From Chloropicon primus (taxonomy: Eukaryota): a stretch of 64,000 bases of DNA. The stretch spans positions 1 to 64,000 of the forward strand of contig CP060760.1 in NCBI GenBank assembly GCA_023205875.1, written 5' to 3'. This document shows positions 19,973 to 31,628 of this stretch, piece by piece (position 1 is the first letter of the stretch; every line of letters begins with the position of its first letter). Made by a program: the position numbers and the translations under genes. The notes under the pieces were generated by a model, which had not been told where the DNA came from, searched no databases, and was given only the letters and a program-made list of their open reading frames with translations.

Positions 19973-20506
19973 CCCGACGCACACACCGCACGCCCCGCTC
20001 GAACCAGCTTACCACCACAACCTGATGGGTTTGGTTGATGGGTTGGGATGCGTTGGGGATGGATTATTCAGCTGATTGCTCTGTCTGTCTCTCTCTCTCT
20101 CTCTGTGGCTCTGCCTGTCGTGTCGCGTGTTGTGTTGTGTTGTGTTGTGGATGCCTTGGTGGCAAGAGGCAGATGCAGAGGACTCGTCCTCGTCCTTGGC
20201 CTCGTCGTCGTCCTCGTCCCCCTCGTCCTCGTCCTCCTCCTGAGCAAGGATGGCTTTGGATTGTGTGGCTCCAAACACCAGCGGCCTGCCACGTCACTAA
20301 AACCTAAGCGAGGACAACGAGGAGGAGGACAACGAGGAGGAGGACAACGAGGACAACGAGGAGGAGGTCGTGCCAAGGAATTCGCGCTGTCATCACCTCT
20401 CTGCTTTTTCTTTTCTTTCTCGCGGAAAGGGAAGAGCCTTGGTGGATGGTTTGTGAAGACCCCGTGAGTGAAGATTGATTGAGTTTGAGGTTGAGGTTGA
20501 GAACGG

Positions 20507-20809
20507 ATGTTGGGTTGTGGGAGTTGCCTTGCTTGCTTCCTTCCTGGACTCAGCAGCCTGTTGGGGTTGTTGGGATGGACGGCGAGCACCGCGGGGGTGA
20601 ACCACTACCACGAGGACCAAGGAACCTTGTTCAAGAGAGCTCTCACGCTCTTGGGCACCCTGGCCCTCGTGGCAGGCCTCCTCCTCGAGTACCTCAGGGC
20701 GTACGGGTCCTCCACATCCACAACGAGTGAGGAGGAGAGCAAGTGCTGCGAGGAGGACGCAGACTGCTGCGACAACGGTAAGGAGGAGGAGAGTGCCAAG
20801 GTGAAGTGA
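20507..20809 (+). CDS. Small hypothetical membrane protein (100 aa) with Cys-rich termini
   Basis: ATG-started ORF with GC3-rich codons like neighbouring genes and two hydrophobic segments; converges on the next gene with ~30 bp between stops. Confidence 0.55.
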   Translation: MLGCGSCLACFLPGLSSLLGLLGWTASTAGVNHYHEDQGTLFKRALTLLGTLALVAGLLLEYLRAYGSSTSTTSEEESKCCEEDADCCDNGKEEESAKVK

Positions 20810-20839
20810 GGAACGGCGTTGGGTGGACTACAAGAGACT

Positions 20840-22203
20840 TCAGTTGTTGTCGAAGGTGATGTCGCACAGCCAGTCGTCGTACGGCATGTCCTCGGAGAAG
20901 TTGGAGACGCGGAGGTAGTTGGGGAGGGGGTCGAACTCCACCGGAATGTCTCTCGTCTCGGCGTACGCCTGCATGGCGGTGTGCTGGCTCTTTTGGGCGA
21001 CCAGCTGCACTCTGGGGATCCTCCTCTCCTCGTACTCCCTGAACGCTCTTTGGGAGAGCCCGAAGGTCTTCACGCAGGAGCTCAGCTCCGCGGCGTCCTC
21101 CATCGCCATGTTCACCCCGGAGCCTGTTGGGCGCATGGGGTGAGCGGCGTCGCCGACCAGAGTGAAAGGTCCTCTCGCCGGCTTCCAGACTTTGCCGCGG
21201 AACGGGTCCCTGATGTACACGCCGTGGGTGGTGACCGAGGCCGGCGCCGTCGCCTTGACGATGTCCCTGGCCTCCCGCGGCGCGTCTTGCGAGAAGGAAA
21301 AGGAAAGGGGGAGAGTCAGAGTCAGGACAAACGACAGGGAAAAGGGAGGGCTGGCGAAGGAGTTCGAGGGAACTCACCGGACATGATATCCAGGACCTCC
21401 GCGAGGGCCCTGGCGCCCTCTTGCGCGTTCCCGGAGATGGCCTGGATGGAGGCGCCGCCGCCCCTCTGCCTCGGATCGGCTTCCGTCTTGCTCAGGACCC
21501 AGCAGGCCTCCCCCGGGCCGGTCTCGTAATTAAGCCAATTGTAATTCGTGCCCCTCAAGAGGTGCGCCGTGAAGCACGACCCTGAGTCGAGTTGCGGGTC
21601 GTAAAGCGCACGCCAGATCCTGGTCCCGGCGTAAGTGGGCTCCTCGTCGCCGACGGCGTGCTTCCTGACTCTCGAGAAGTAGCCATCGGCCCCCACGACG
21701 AAGTCGGCGGAGAGGACGTCCTCGCCTTCCACGTCCAGCTCGACCCCGCCGTCCGCGTGCTCCTCCATGCCGGTCACCGCCAAGCCCGGCAGGAGGTCCA
21801 CACCCTCCGGCAAATCCAGCGCCAGAGCGTCGCGGAGGCGCCACCACGGCAAGGAGAGCGGACGCAACCCAAAGCGCTCCTCCCGCTCCTCCCAGAATTT
21901 GGCCCGGCCCGGCTTGGTCTCGTCGACGCCCTTCTCCAAGTCGACGATCCTCGTCCTTCTCGACGAGGCTTTCCTCGTTTCCATCTCCACCATCTTCCCG
22001 TACGCTTCGGGCGAGAGCGCTTGTATGGCCCTCAACCCATTCACCCCGCACACGATCCCCGCGCCCATGGGCGTGCTCAAGTCCCTCCTCCTCTCCAGCA
22101 CCGCGATGCGGGCGGTCGGCATCGCCTTCTTCACTCCATGCGCCGCTGCGAGCCCCCCTGGCCCGCCTCCAATCACACAAACGTCGTAGTGGGTCTTGGC
22201 CAT
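20840..22203 (-). CDS. FAD-dependent monooxygenase (FAD_binding_3, zeaxanthin epoxidase/salicylate hydroxylase-like); intron 21286-21377
   Basis: GGGPGGLAAA, VVGADGYFSRVR and TLVGDAAHPMRP..GVNMAMED. A GTGAGT...CTGAC...AAG intron joins the two ORFs in frame (MSDAPREARDIV...). Confidence 0.88.
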
Positions 22204-22729
22204 GGCCACCGCCTCTCTGCACCTATGATTGCGATTACGATTGCGAGGCCCACCGCTTGGTGACCCTTCGATGGACAGCACGGCAGAGAGAGAGAGAGAG
22301 ACAAGCAGCAGCAGCAATGGCAGCAGCAATGGCAGCAGCAAGTTGCTCTGGTCTCCACCTCCTGGGCACCAAGAGTTCGAGCGTTACACTGACCGAATTT
22401 GGTCGCCCCAATGTTTCTGAATACGACGTTAATTTACCTGACACAGAGAAAGTAATGTCACATAGTGAACAGCGATCGATCGATCTGGCAGAGAGCAGAA
22501 AGATCAATCCCCACGATCGATCGTTGAGGAGTTCGTCACGTCACGGTGAGACGTCTGTCGTCTGTCGTCTGTCGTCTGTCGTGTTCGTGTTCGTGTTCGT
22601 GTTCGATCGATAGGTTTGATCTCCAGCTTTCCGGGGATACCCATCACGACGTTCAAGGCACTGACCGAAACGAAGGTCTGGTAGCCAACAACTCGCTCGG
22701 GGTTGGCGGCTTGTCGAGGAGGAGGGAGG

Positions 22730-25700
22730 ATGACCGCCAGTCGCCACAATGCGCAGAACCAGCGGCGGCTTCTCAAGGAGCAGGGGACTCACTTCACGGA
22801 GGACTTCGTCGGCAGGGTCGCCGAGGCCGTCGCCGAGGCCACGCCCCGGTCGGAGAGCCTGGCCAAGGAGCTCGAGGAGTTCTGCACCATCGGGAACACG
22901 TACGGCGAGAGGGCCGCACTCAAGACGGTGTGGAGGAAGGTGGAGGTGCTGGCGCGTGAAGGCGACGACGGGGAGGCGACCAGGGAGCAGGCGCGTCGTC
23001 TCGTCGGGCTGCTGGGCGAGATGGTGTTCCTGGAGAACAGCAGGGCTCTGCACAGGCAGCTGTTGTCCAGCGCGGCCAAGCTGCCTGCCCCTTACCTTGG
23101 AGTTTGGAAAGGCACGCTCAGGCGGCACATCGAGCTGGCCTGCGGCAAGGCAGCGGAGTTTGCTGGCCCTGGCGGGGTCGACCCTCTGGGGATCTGCAAG
23201 AACGTCATGAGAGTCTCCAAAGGGCTGATGTCCATGCTGTGCTACAGGGCTTACGACGACGTCCTTGGTTCCACCTCTTTGCTTCTGGTGGAAGCGTTCG
23301 GCCTGGCGCTCAAGCACGTCTGCAAGCACGGAAACGAGGGGAAGATCGTTGCGCCCCTGTACGTCGAGCTTTGTCAGGAGACTGTCAACGTCCTCCACAG
23401 CCTTGTGCAAATGCACCACGCCAAGCTGGAAACCAACCGAGCGTCGTGCCTCGCGATGCTGAGGGCGTGCCTCGACTGCCTGCACTCAGAGGTAATGCCT
23501 AGGGACGTGATGGTCGCGGCCGCAGTCACGATCTGGACCTACATGTTCAAGGACTCGGTGGATCCTCGGCTCGCGGCGCTTTGGGCGGCCAACTCCGTCT
23601 TCGTCGAGAGGAAGGAGGGGGGGCAGGGCCAGGGCACGCGCTTTGTGCTCGAGGACGGGAAGGATCCTTCCCCGGGGGTGTCGCCGGTACACGAACTTCT
23701 GCGCGAGAGCAAAGTCTCCTTTGAGGACGAGGTCGCGTCCATGAACGAATTCGGTACCCTTTGCTGCCTCAGAGGGCTCTTGTCCGTGCTCCCCACCGCG
23801 TCCTATGGCGTGGTTCTCGGGCAAAGCAAAGGAACTGGACTCAGCAGGTGGTCCGTCATGATGGACGGTATAATCCCACTGGCGACAAGGGCTGTGAATG
23901 GCGCAGGGGACTCGCACACCAGGTACCACGCCCTCTGCATACTAGACGTGGCTTTGAGGCACTGGTGCCAGTTTCTGAGGGAGAAAATCGATAGCGGCAG
24001 GGCAGAGGCCGAGGAGGGGGACGACGTGCCTTGCGGCATATTTGATGAGAGCGACGGGGAGAGCGAGGCGGTGGTGGAGGATGGGAGGGGGGCGTGTGGC
24101 ACGACAGAAGCGGACGAGGCTTCCGCCCGCGCGGGAAGCGAGTCGAATCAAAGTCAGATGCAAGTGGTGGCCACCAAAGTCATGCTCGAGCTCGTAGATT
24201 TGTTGAGCAGTTCTTGGGCAGACCCTCTCCCGCTTATAGTGAGGACGTCCCATCTCTGCTTTCGGACTCTCGTCGACGTGCACGAGCTGCAATGCCACCT
24301 CCTCGCTGAGAACATGCACGTGCTCAACCACGACCTTTGCAAGCAGATCTTCTCCATGGGCTTTCACAAGAAGGGGATCTATTCGCCCCTCACCCACCTC
24401 GTGAACAAGGTGGGGTCCAGGGAACTTTTGGTTCTGTCTCCAAGCATTTTGACCAACACATTTGAGACCGCGAGTGAGGCGGATGACTCGACGTGCACCG
24501 CGGCTGCTGGATTCATGAGGGTGTTCCTGAAAAAGCTGTATGAGGAGACCCACTCGCTTTCGAACTGGATGGATGTCTGGGAGGTGCCCTTGATTGAGGC
24601 CCTGCAAGGGAGAGGCAGTGCGATGAGGGAGAATGTCGCTATGTACATGCTTTCCCTCCCTCTCCAGATCGAGCCTCGCTCGTTGCACTGTCTGCTCGCG
24701 TCCATGCTGGATGGCATGAAAGATTCTTGGTCCATGGAGCAGGTCGCCGCTTTGGTGGCCGTGCTCAAGACTGCGAAGAAGCTTAACTTGATCGGGAACA
24801 TCGACCACGTGGTGGAGTGCCCGGAAGGCATGAGAATAGAGATGAACCCCAAGATCTTAGAGAGCGCGGTCTTCTCCTCCCAAGAGGTGGTGAGGATCAA
24901 CATGATCGAGCTGCTGTGCACAAGCTTCAAGAAAGTCGTGCTTCCGGGCAAGGCGGAGCTCGAGCTGTTGAAGCTGGCCATTCCTTTGAACTTGACCTGC
25001 ACGATCCAGGGGTTCAAAGGAAGATTTGAGACGCTCATGAGAAGATTCTTTGAAAGGGTTCACATCGCGATCCGGTCCATAAAGCACAAGCACCTCTCGA
25101 ACGAAAGGAGGAGGAAGGCCAGAGGGGTCGAGGCGCCGGACGTGCCAGCAGATGAGGACCGCGACCACGAGCTGGAGATGATCGAATTAACCTCCGCCTT
25201 CTTGTTCTGGCTGAGGGACTTCTTGGTGTCGTGCATGTATCCCGGTGCTCCTGTTGCAAGGAGAGGCCTCGCCTTGAGCTTGTTGAGGGCCTTGCTCAAA
25301 GTTTTCCTGAACCCCCAGAAAGGCGTGGACGGTAGCATTGTTTCGCATGACACCTTCTCGCCATTGCAAGACGGCCCCATGGTTCGCAGCGGGACCATCA
25401 AAACCCTGATCTCAAACGTCGCGGACAGTTGGGACGACATCAGGGACTGCTCATCAGACATACTCTGCCTTCTGCCTTCTCCTCTGCCCGGGTTATCGGA
25501 GGAAGCAGATGTCGCGACCGTGCTTGAATTTGCGAAAGGCCTTCTCCTGAGCGCCCAGGTCAGGGAATCCGATGCTGGGGCTTCCCTGATACGCACCATT
25601 GTGAAAAAGTACGTTATGGAGATGGGTTGGGAAGTAAGGATTCACCCAGAGGTGCGGGTGAAGAAGTGCGATGAGGTCGGGGGGGGACGCAGGAAAAGGG

Positions 25701-28700
25701 GGCCATACAAGTCGAGCAAAGAATGTGAGATCTTAGAAAGCACCCTGATGCTGGTGCAAGAGTCTTTGGAGAGGGCTGAGCAGAATCTGTACAAGTCCTG
25801 CCTGAACGGCCTGGCCCACGGGGGCTTGCTTTTCGCGCGATACCTTCTCGAAGATTTCGAGAAAGCTGGCAGCTTGGGTTCACTGAAGGAGAAAGTGGAG
25901 ATGGCCAAGGGCATCTTTGAGTGCGTGCTGAAAGCTACCAAGGTCTCTGTCTGGGCAGTGTCCCAGCAAGACGAGCTTAACGTGCAGGCGGCAGAAGCAG
26001 AGGGGGACATTTCTGCAAACAGCGAAGAGGGCGACGCTATCGCGCCGGTGGCCAGGGTCATCATAAATGGCTCCTGGCTCACAATCAAAGAAGTGAGCCT
26101 GGTGACCGGCCGGATCGCGCAAATACTGACAAAGTATCAGGAGGGGAGCCGGGATAACAAAGTTGTCATCGAATCGCATGATCTGGTGAAAGAGCTGGGC
26201 AACAATCTCATTCACATTCTGGAGAAGGTCAAACACAACGGAAGTGTGGAAAAGGCTCACCTTGGCTTGATGTCTTTGGCAAGGCCGCTCCTGGCAGACT
26301 CGAACGAAAGCTTGAACACCCTTCCTTACAAGTGGCTGGAGCAGTTGAAAGCCTTTGACACCAGACCTGGTCAGACGGGGTCAGACATTGTGAGGAGAAG
26401 TGCGGGCCTTCCCTTCACCCTCGTTGCGCTCGCGAAGTCCGAGCCCAAGGAACTTCCAAAGAAACTTTTGCCGATGGCAATGAAAAATTTTATGGACATT
26501 GCCATGGGAAAGGGAGAGACTCAGGAGTACATCCCTCGCGTGCACGCTCTGAACATGCTGAGCAAGGTCTTCAATGACAGTGAGCTCGCGACGGACACGA
26601 GTGGATTTTTTGTGGAAGGCCTCAAGCTTGCTATCGTTGGGTTTGGGGATTCTCATTGGGAGGTGAGAAATGGGGCGAGCCAGTTGTACTCCACCCTAAT
26701 CGTTCGCATGGTTGGATTCAAAAACGTCTGGAAGATCGAATCATCAAGGCGCGCCATTACAAGCAGCGAGTTTTTCGACAGGTTTCAGGTGCTGCACCCC
26801 TTCTTCATGTCGGAGCTCTCGACCGCTGTGAGTGAGCTGGAAAGGAGGGACGAGGAATCACAGCAGATCGTTCCAGCAACGCTGGTGCACCCGAGCCTCC
26901 TTCCGATTCTTGGTGTTTTGTCCAGGCTTGACTGCAGTCTTCACAACAAGTACACGGCGTCTGTTGACGCTCTCTCGCCAAGGCGGCTGGCGCCGCTTGT
27001 GCAGAGGTGTTGCAATGCCCAGTCCTTGGCCCTGCGAAACCTCGCAGCAGATTCCTTGGCCCCTTTGATTGCGCCGGACGAAACTCCAGGCATGTGGCTC
27101 GAGCTGGTGGGAAACGTTGTTCGCATCCAGGAGGGGGAGATGACGATGGGCGTCAGGAAACCAAACGTGCTGCACGGAACTTTGAGACAATTGCACATTC
27201 TGATCAAGCGGAACGTCAAAGCCCTGGGGGACAAGGATCTCACAGCCATGCTAGATGCCGTGCTGTCGAGCTACGACACGCTCATAGGCTGCTCGAGGTG
27301 GGACCGGAATCCTTGCCCTTTCGTGCGCTCAGAGGCGGTCTCTGTGATGTCTTTGGTCGTGAACTTTGTATTGGGGGAGGCCGCGAAAAGCAATTCTTGC
27401 CCAGACGACGAAAGCAAATCCTTGTGGACAAAGGTGGTTGCGTTTGTCACCGAGAGCACGGGCTCGTTTTCGAGCTGCCAAGATGGGGAGTACGCCTGGG
27501 AGGCCGGGATAGCAAAGTTGGCTGTGGCACTCATGAAGTTTGGAACGATGATGGGGGGCGAGGCCCCGGAACCTTCGCTGGAAAGGATGCAGGGACTCGC
27601 CATCGACCTCCTCTCATCTGCGCACTACGAGGTGAGAGCCGCCACGCTGAAAGAGATCATAAGGTCCTGGGAGGCCCTGGTGCCTCGCGGAATCAACCCC
27701 GCGATCTTGTACGGCAAGGTGAGGAAGATGCTCGAGTCAGAGGTCAACCACAAGGTCATGAGGCGCATCCTTGCCGTCTTGCAGAGATGCAGCCTGATGC
27801 TCGACGACCAGAACCAGCAGCTCAAGGAGGACTTTTTGCAAGTTGCGGTGATATGCTTGAGCATGTCGCAAACTTGCACGCACGAGAAACTCAAGTCGGG
27901 GGCATTGTCTTGCTCTGGCTACTACATGTGCAGGGTCCTGAGACTGAAAGAGATATCAGGCGAGGCCGCAACTGATGATGCTTTTGAGAACGCCCTCCGC
28001 TCTTTGATCGAAGTGGCCTCTGACTTTTGTGAGCCGTGGCAAAGAATTCCTCTGAGGGTGTCTGCATACTCTTGCTTGTTTGGGAGCGGACTCACTCAGG
28101 AGCTGTCCTCGTGGCTGGAAGCCCGCGGGATGCCCACAACACAGCCAATGCACCTTTGTAACATGAGGCTGTGGCAGGTGGCTATTGACATGCTGCAAGA
28201 TGACGACAAGGAGCTGCGCAACAGCGCGGGGCAACTGATCGGGTCCATCTTGGGCAAGCGTGATGTACAGACGACCATAGTGATGAGCAGGTGCTTTGAG
28301 TACCTCACAAATACCTACGGCTCTGACAAGGCGTACCACGAGTTCCTGATCGACGTCATCGAAGGGTGCTTCGAGGCCACAGAGCTCTCTGAAGAGAATG
28401 TCTCGAAGAAGAGATTGTTTGAGCTGGATGAGGATAACTTGCACCAGGAGCGCATGGTTTTGTTGCAGCTCGCATTCCAACAGGTCGATGCCCTCGTTGG
28501 AGGCGGCGGAAAGTCATGCGATAACACCCTTGTCGCGTACTTGAAAGATTGGAGTCTGCCGCAGGTGCCCTCTCTGGAGAACTGCTTTGACAGCAACTCC
28601 TTCTTGGCGTGCTACGTGCTGCTGAACCGCGTACTGCTTGGCCTGCAGCGCGGCATCGTGGACGGTTCCGATCGAAGACTCGATGCCTTGAGGGGCGTGG

Positions 28701-28786
28701 AGGGGAGGAAGCTGCCTCTGCTCATTCAGGCCATGACTGGAAAGATTGTTGGGGGGGAGGAACAGCATTGCCTGGTGTTGATCTGA
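22730..28786 (+). CDS. THADA: THADA / Trm732 armadillo-repeat protein (DUF2428), tRNA 2'-O-methylation cofactor
   Basis: WLTIKEVSL, KHNGSVEK, IVRRSAGLPF, RVHALNML, WEVRNGA, HPSLLPILGVLSRL and LFELDEDNLHQE; ~2,000 aa. Confidence 0.92.
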   Translation: MTASRHNAQNQRRLLKEQGTHFTEDFVGRVAEAVAEATPRSESLAKELEEFCTIGNTYGERAALKTVWRKVEVLAREGDDGEATREQARRLVGLLGEMVFLENSRALHRQLLSSAAKLPAPYLGVWKGTLRRHIELACGKAAEFAGPGGVDPLGICKNVMRVSKGLMSMLCYRAYDDVLGSTSLLLVEAFGLALKHVCKHGNEGKIVAPLYVELCQETVNVLHSLVQMHHAKLETNRASCLAMLRACLDCLHSEVMPRDVMVAAAVTIWTYMFKDSVDPRLAALWAANSVFVERKEGGQGQGTRFVLEDGKDPSPGVSPVHELLRESKVSFEDEVASMNEFGTLCCLRGLLSVLPTASYGVVLGQSKGTGLSRWSVMMDGIIPLATRAVNGAGDSHTRYHALCILDVALRHWCQFLREKIDSGRAEAEEGDDVPCGIFDESDGESEAVVEDGRGACGTTEADEASARAGSESNQSQMQVVATKVMLELVDLLSSSWADPLPLIVRTSHLCFRTLVDVHELQCHLLAENMHVLNHDLCKQIFSMGFHKKGIYSPLTHLVNKVGSRELLVLSPSILTNTFETASEADDSTCTAAAGFMRVFLKKLYEETHSLSNWMDVWEVPLIEALQGRGSAMRENVAMYMLSLPLQIEPRSLHCLLASMLDGMKDSWSMEQVAALVAVLKTAKKLNLIGNIDHVVECPEGMRIEMNPKILESAVFSSQEVVRINMIELLCTSFKKVVLPGKAELELLKLAIPLNLTCTIQGFKGRFETLMRRFFERVHIAIRSIKHKHLSNERRRKARGVEAPDVPADEDRDHELEMIELTSAFLFWLRDFLVSCMYPGAPVARRGLALSLLRALLKVFLNPQKGVDGSIVSHDTFSPLQDGPMVRSGTIKTLISNVADSWDDIRDCSSDILCLLPSPLPGLSEEADVATVLEFAKGLLLSAQVRESDAGASLIRTIVKKYVMEMGWEVRIHPEVRVKKCDEVGGGRRKRGPYKSSKECEILESTLMLVQESLERAEQNLYKSCLNGLAHGGLLFARYLLEDFEKAGSLGSLKEKVEMAKGIFECVLKATKVSVWAVSQQDELNVQAAEAEGDISANSEEGDAIAPVARVIINGSWLTIKEVSLVTGRIAQILTKYQEGSRDNKVVIESHDLVKELGNNLIHILEKVKHNGSVEKAHLGLMSLARPLLADSNESLNTLPYKWLEQLKAFDTRPGQTGSDIVRRSAGLPFTLVALAKSEPKELPKKLLPMAMKNFMDIAMGKGETQEYIPRVHALNMLSKVFNDSELATDTSGFFVEGLKLAIVGFGDSHWEVRNGASQLYSTLIVRMVGFKNVWKIESSRRAITSSEFFDRFQVLHPFFMSELSTAVSELERRDEESQQIVPATLVHPSLLPILGVLSRLDCSLHNKYTASVDALSPRRLAPLVQRCCNAQSLALRNLAADSLAPLIAPDETPGMWLELVGNVVRIQEGEMTMGVRKPNVLHGTLRQLHILIKRNVKALGDKDLTAMLDAVLSSYDTLIGCSRWDRNPCPFVRSEAVSVMSLVVNFVLGEAAKSNSCPDDESKSLWTKVVAFVTESTGSFSSCQDGEYAWEAGIAKLAVALMKFGTMMGGEAPEPSLERMQGLAIDLLSSAHYEVRAATLKEIIRSWEALVPRGINPAILYGKVRKMLESEVNHKVMRRILAVLQRCSLMLDDQNQQLKEDFLQVAVICLSMSQTCTHEKLKSGALSCSGYYMCRVLRLKEISGEAATDDAFENALRSLIEVASDFCEPWQRIPLRVSAYSCLFGSGLTQELSSWLEARGMPTTQPMHLCNMRLWQVAIDMLQDDDKELRNSAGQLIGSILGKRDVQTTIVMSRCFEYLTNTYGSDKAYHEFLIDVIEGCFEATELSEENVSKKRLFELDEDNLHQERMVLLQLAFQQVDALVGGGGKSCDNTLVAYLKDWSLPQVPSLENCFDSNSFLACYVLLNRVLLGLQRGIVDGSDRRLDALRGVEGRKLPLLIQAMTGKIVGGEEQHCLVLI

Positions 28787-29290
28787 AAGACTAAACAAGT
28801 AATTATATTATTACAATTAGATCCAGTGGAAGGAGCAAGATCCAGTGGAGCAGATCACGCAAGACACAATCCCCTCCCAATCCTCCCTCCCCTCCTCACA
28901 CCATCACCATCACCATCATCATCATCCTCCCTCCTCCTCCTCCTCCTCTCCTCCTTCCTCCTCCGTCCTCCTCCTTCCTCCTCCGCCATCGCGCACGTGG
29001 GTTAAGGTGGATCTGTGGCTGTAGTGCCTTCGGCGACGACGAAGAGACACGAGTCGCGGTGCGGGTGCGGTGTGGCTTCCACGGGACGAGGAGACGAGCC
29101 GTCACGACCAGGGCTCCTCCACGCCTCGTCCTCGTCCTCGTCGTTGTTGTTGTCGTTGTCGTACCCTCATCGTTCAAAACAAAACAAAACAAAACAAAAC
29201 GCAAAACCCATCTCGTTGGGCTGGGCTGGGCTGGGCTCGTGCGCGGTAGTGGTCGTCGTGGCGTGATCCTCGGTCGGTCGGTCGGTCGCC

Positions 29291-31169
29291 ATGGACTTGC
29301 AGTTCGCGGGCCCGAAGGGCATCCCCAAGTCGAAGAGCTTGGCGACGTACGAGCAGTGGAGGGAGCACGAGAGGCAGTTGAGGAGGAGCCAGAGCCAGAA
29401 GCTCCTCGGGGGCGAGGAGGAGGGGGGCGAGAAGCTGAACCCGCTCGAGGACCACCACAGGAGGGCCTCGGAGGGAGCCGCCGAGGCCTTCAGAAGGCAG
29501 AACGGGTCCGCCAGCACCAGCAGGACCTCGAGCTACTCCAACCTCGCCCAGGACTCTCCGAGGGGGAAGAGGTCCAACTCGAGGAAAACGAGCTTGCAGC
29601 AAGATGCGGCGACGCCTCTCCTGGTACGTGGTGCCCACGCATCGCATTGATTCTGTTCCCGAAAAAGCTAACACGCACCCTTCTCTCTCTCTCTCTTTCT
29701 CTCTCTTTGTGTGTGTGGGTGTGTGCCTGCTGCAGGACGAGAATGGCATGATCGAGTACGCGACCCTCGAGCTGCGCGTGCACCCGCCGAGCGTGAAGAT
29801 CGACAACACGCTGGAGGACCACAGCACCGTGGTCATCGTGGACAGCGCCAATCGCCCGGGGACCCTGGTGGAGGTCGTGGAGCGCCTCACGGAGCTGGGC
29901 CTGGGGATGAGGACCGCGCAGATATCGAGCGACGGGGGCTGGTTCGTGGACGTCTTCCACGTGACGAACGAGGAGGGCGAGAAGATCAGGGACAAGAGGA
30001 CGCTGGAGAGGATTGAGAACATCTTGGACCTGAACTTTGACATCTCCCCTGGCGTCCCGAGCGAGGGCAAGTTCGGGGGGATGAACGTGATCGAGGTGCT
30101 CCTCAAGGACGAGCCGGGGCTGCTTTCCAGGCTCAGCGAGCAGATCACCAGGTGCCAGCTCAACATCTACGACACCCTGCTGTGGACGCACGGGGGCTAC
30201 GCCGCGATTCTTTTCACCGCCAGCGAGTCGGGCCAGCCCCTGAGCAGCGAGAGGGACCAAAGGGAGCTGCAGTCCAGGCTGGAGGAGGCCCTGGGCCTCT
30301 GGGACATCGAGGACGAGAGGCTGAGGACCTCGTCCTTTGTGCACGTGAACTGCTGCCACGATACCCTCTACGTGGAGAAGAGGTTCTACCGCCTCAAGAT
30401 GAAGGCCTCGAGCATCGTGGAGGCCCTGATCCTCGAGGACGGGGCCGGGTGGCGGCCGGGGGGGCGCGGGGGGGAGGAGGAGGTCGTCGCCGTGACCTCG
30501 CGATTCGACGCCCAGACCCGGTACACGACCTTCCACGTCAAGTGCAGGGACCGGCCCCAGCTCCTCTTCGACACGGTCTGCACGCTGAGCGACCTGAGCT
30601 TGGACATCTTCCACGCCACCATAGACGCGGACGGCACCCTTGCCAACTTGGAGTTCTTCGTGAAGAGCAGGAGCGGGAGCGAGATCCGAAGCGAGAAGGA
30701 GATGAAGTACGTCAAGGAGAGGCTGAGGCTGGCCCTCAACCTCGGGGCTCCGCCGGCCCTGTGCATCCAGGTGACCGGGAGGGACCACAAGGGGGACTTG
30801 CACAGGACGACCAGGAGACTCCAGGAGGTGGGGCTGGACATCGCGTACTGCACCAGCAGGACCGACCCCATAGAGATGCAAACGTGCAGCACGTTCTATG
30901 TCCTGGACGCCAAGGGGAGGTCCCAGGTGGAGTACAGCCCCCTGATCGAGGGCTGCTGCAGGTTCCTGGGAGCAAAGTGCCTGAGCCACAGCAGGGGTGG
31001 CTTGGAGAGCTCGTCGAACTCGGAGACGCCGTCGCCCTCGATCGCTTCGGGGCACCAGGCAGTGAGGAAGTCCCCTCGAGAACGCGTGGTGGACATGGGG
31101 GGCGACCTCTACACCCTCGAGTCCGCCTTGCTGAACAGCTGGAACAGGTTGTGGCAGGGCGTGGACTAA
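29291..31169 (+). CDS. ACT domain repeat (ACR, GlnD-like ACT) protein; intron 29624-29735
   Basis: EYATLELRVHPPSVKIDN, VDSANRPGTLVEVV, ISSDGGWFVDVFHVT and CRDRPQLLFDTVCTL. The GTACGT...TGCAG intron joins exon 1 in frame. Confidence 0.9.
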
Positions 31170-31628
31170 GCGAAAGAGAGAAGAAGATGATGATGAAGAA
31201 GAAGAAGAAGAGGGAAGAAACGGGGGCGGTTACGACGAATCCCTAATCTAACCGCCCCCACTGTTGTTTCGTCGCACAGGCAGTGTCAGTGCGCAGTGGT
31301 TGAGAGATGCTGGTGGTGGTGGTGGTGGTGATGCTGCTGTTGATGAAAACCTAAAACAAAACAACACCCATTGTGTGATAGACCCAAGGTCTTGTGTCCA
31401 TTATGATGTCCATCCCCATACCTTTGCTTTGGCCCCTCCCCCTAAGCTCCTGGTCCCTCAATTTTGGCATCGAAAATATCGAGACGAGAGACGAGAGACG
31501 AGAGACGAGCGAGGGCAAAAAGAAAAAAACGAGCGCGCGCAAAACAGAGCGGACGAGCGGCGTACCCTTTTCGCTCCGGCACGACACGAGAGAGAGAGCG
31601 CGGGCGAGGGCGAGGGAGTTTTGTGAAG

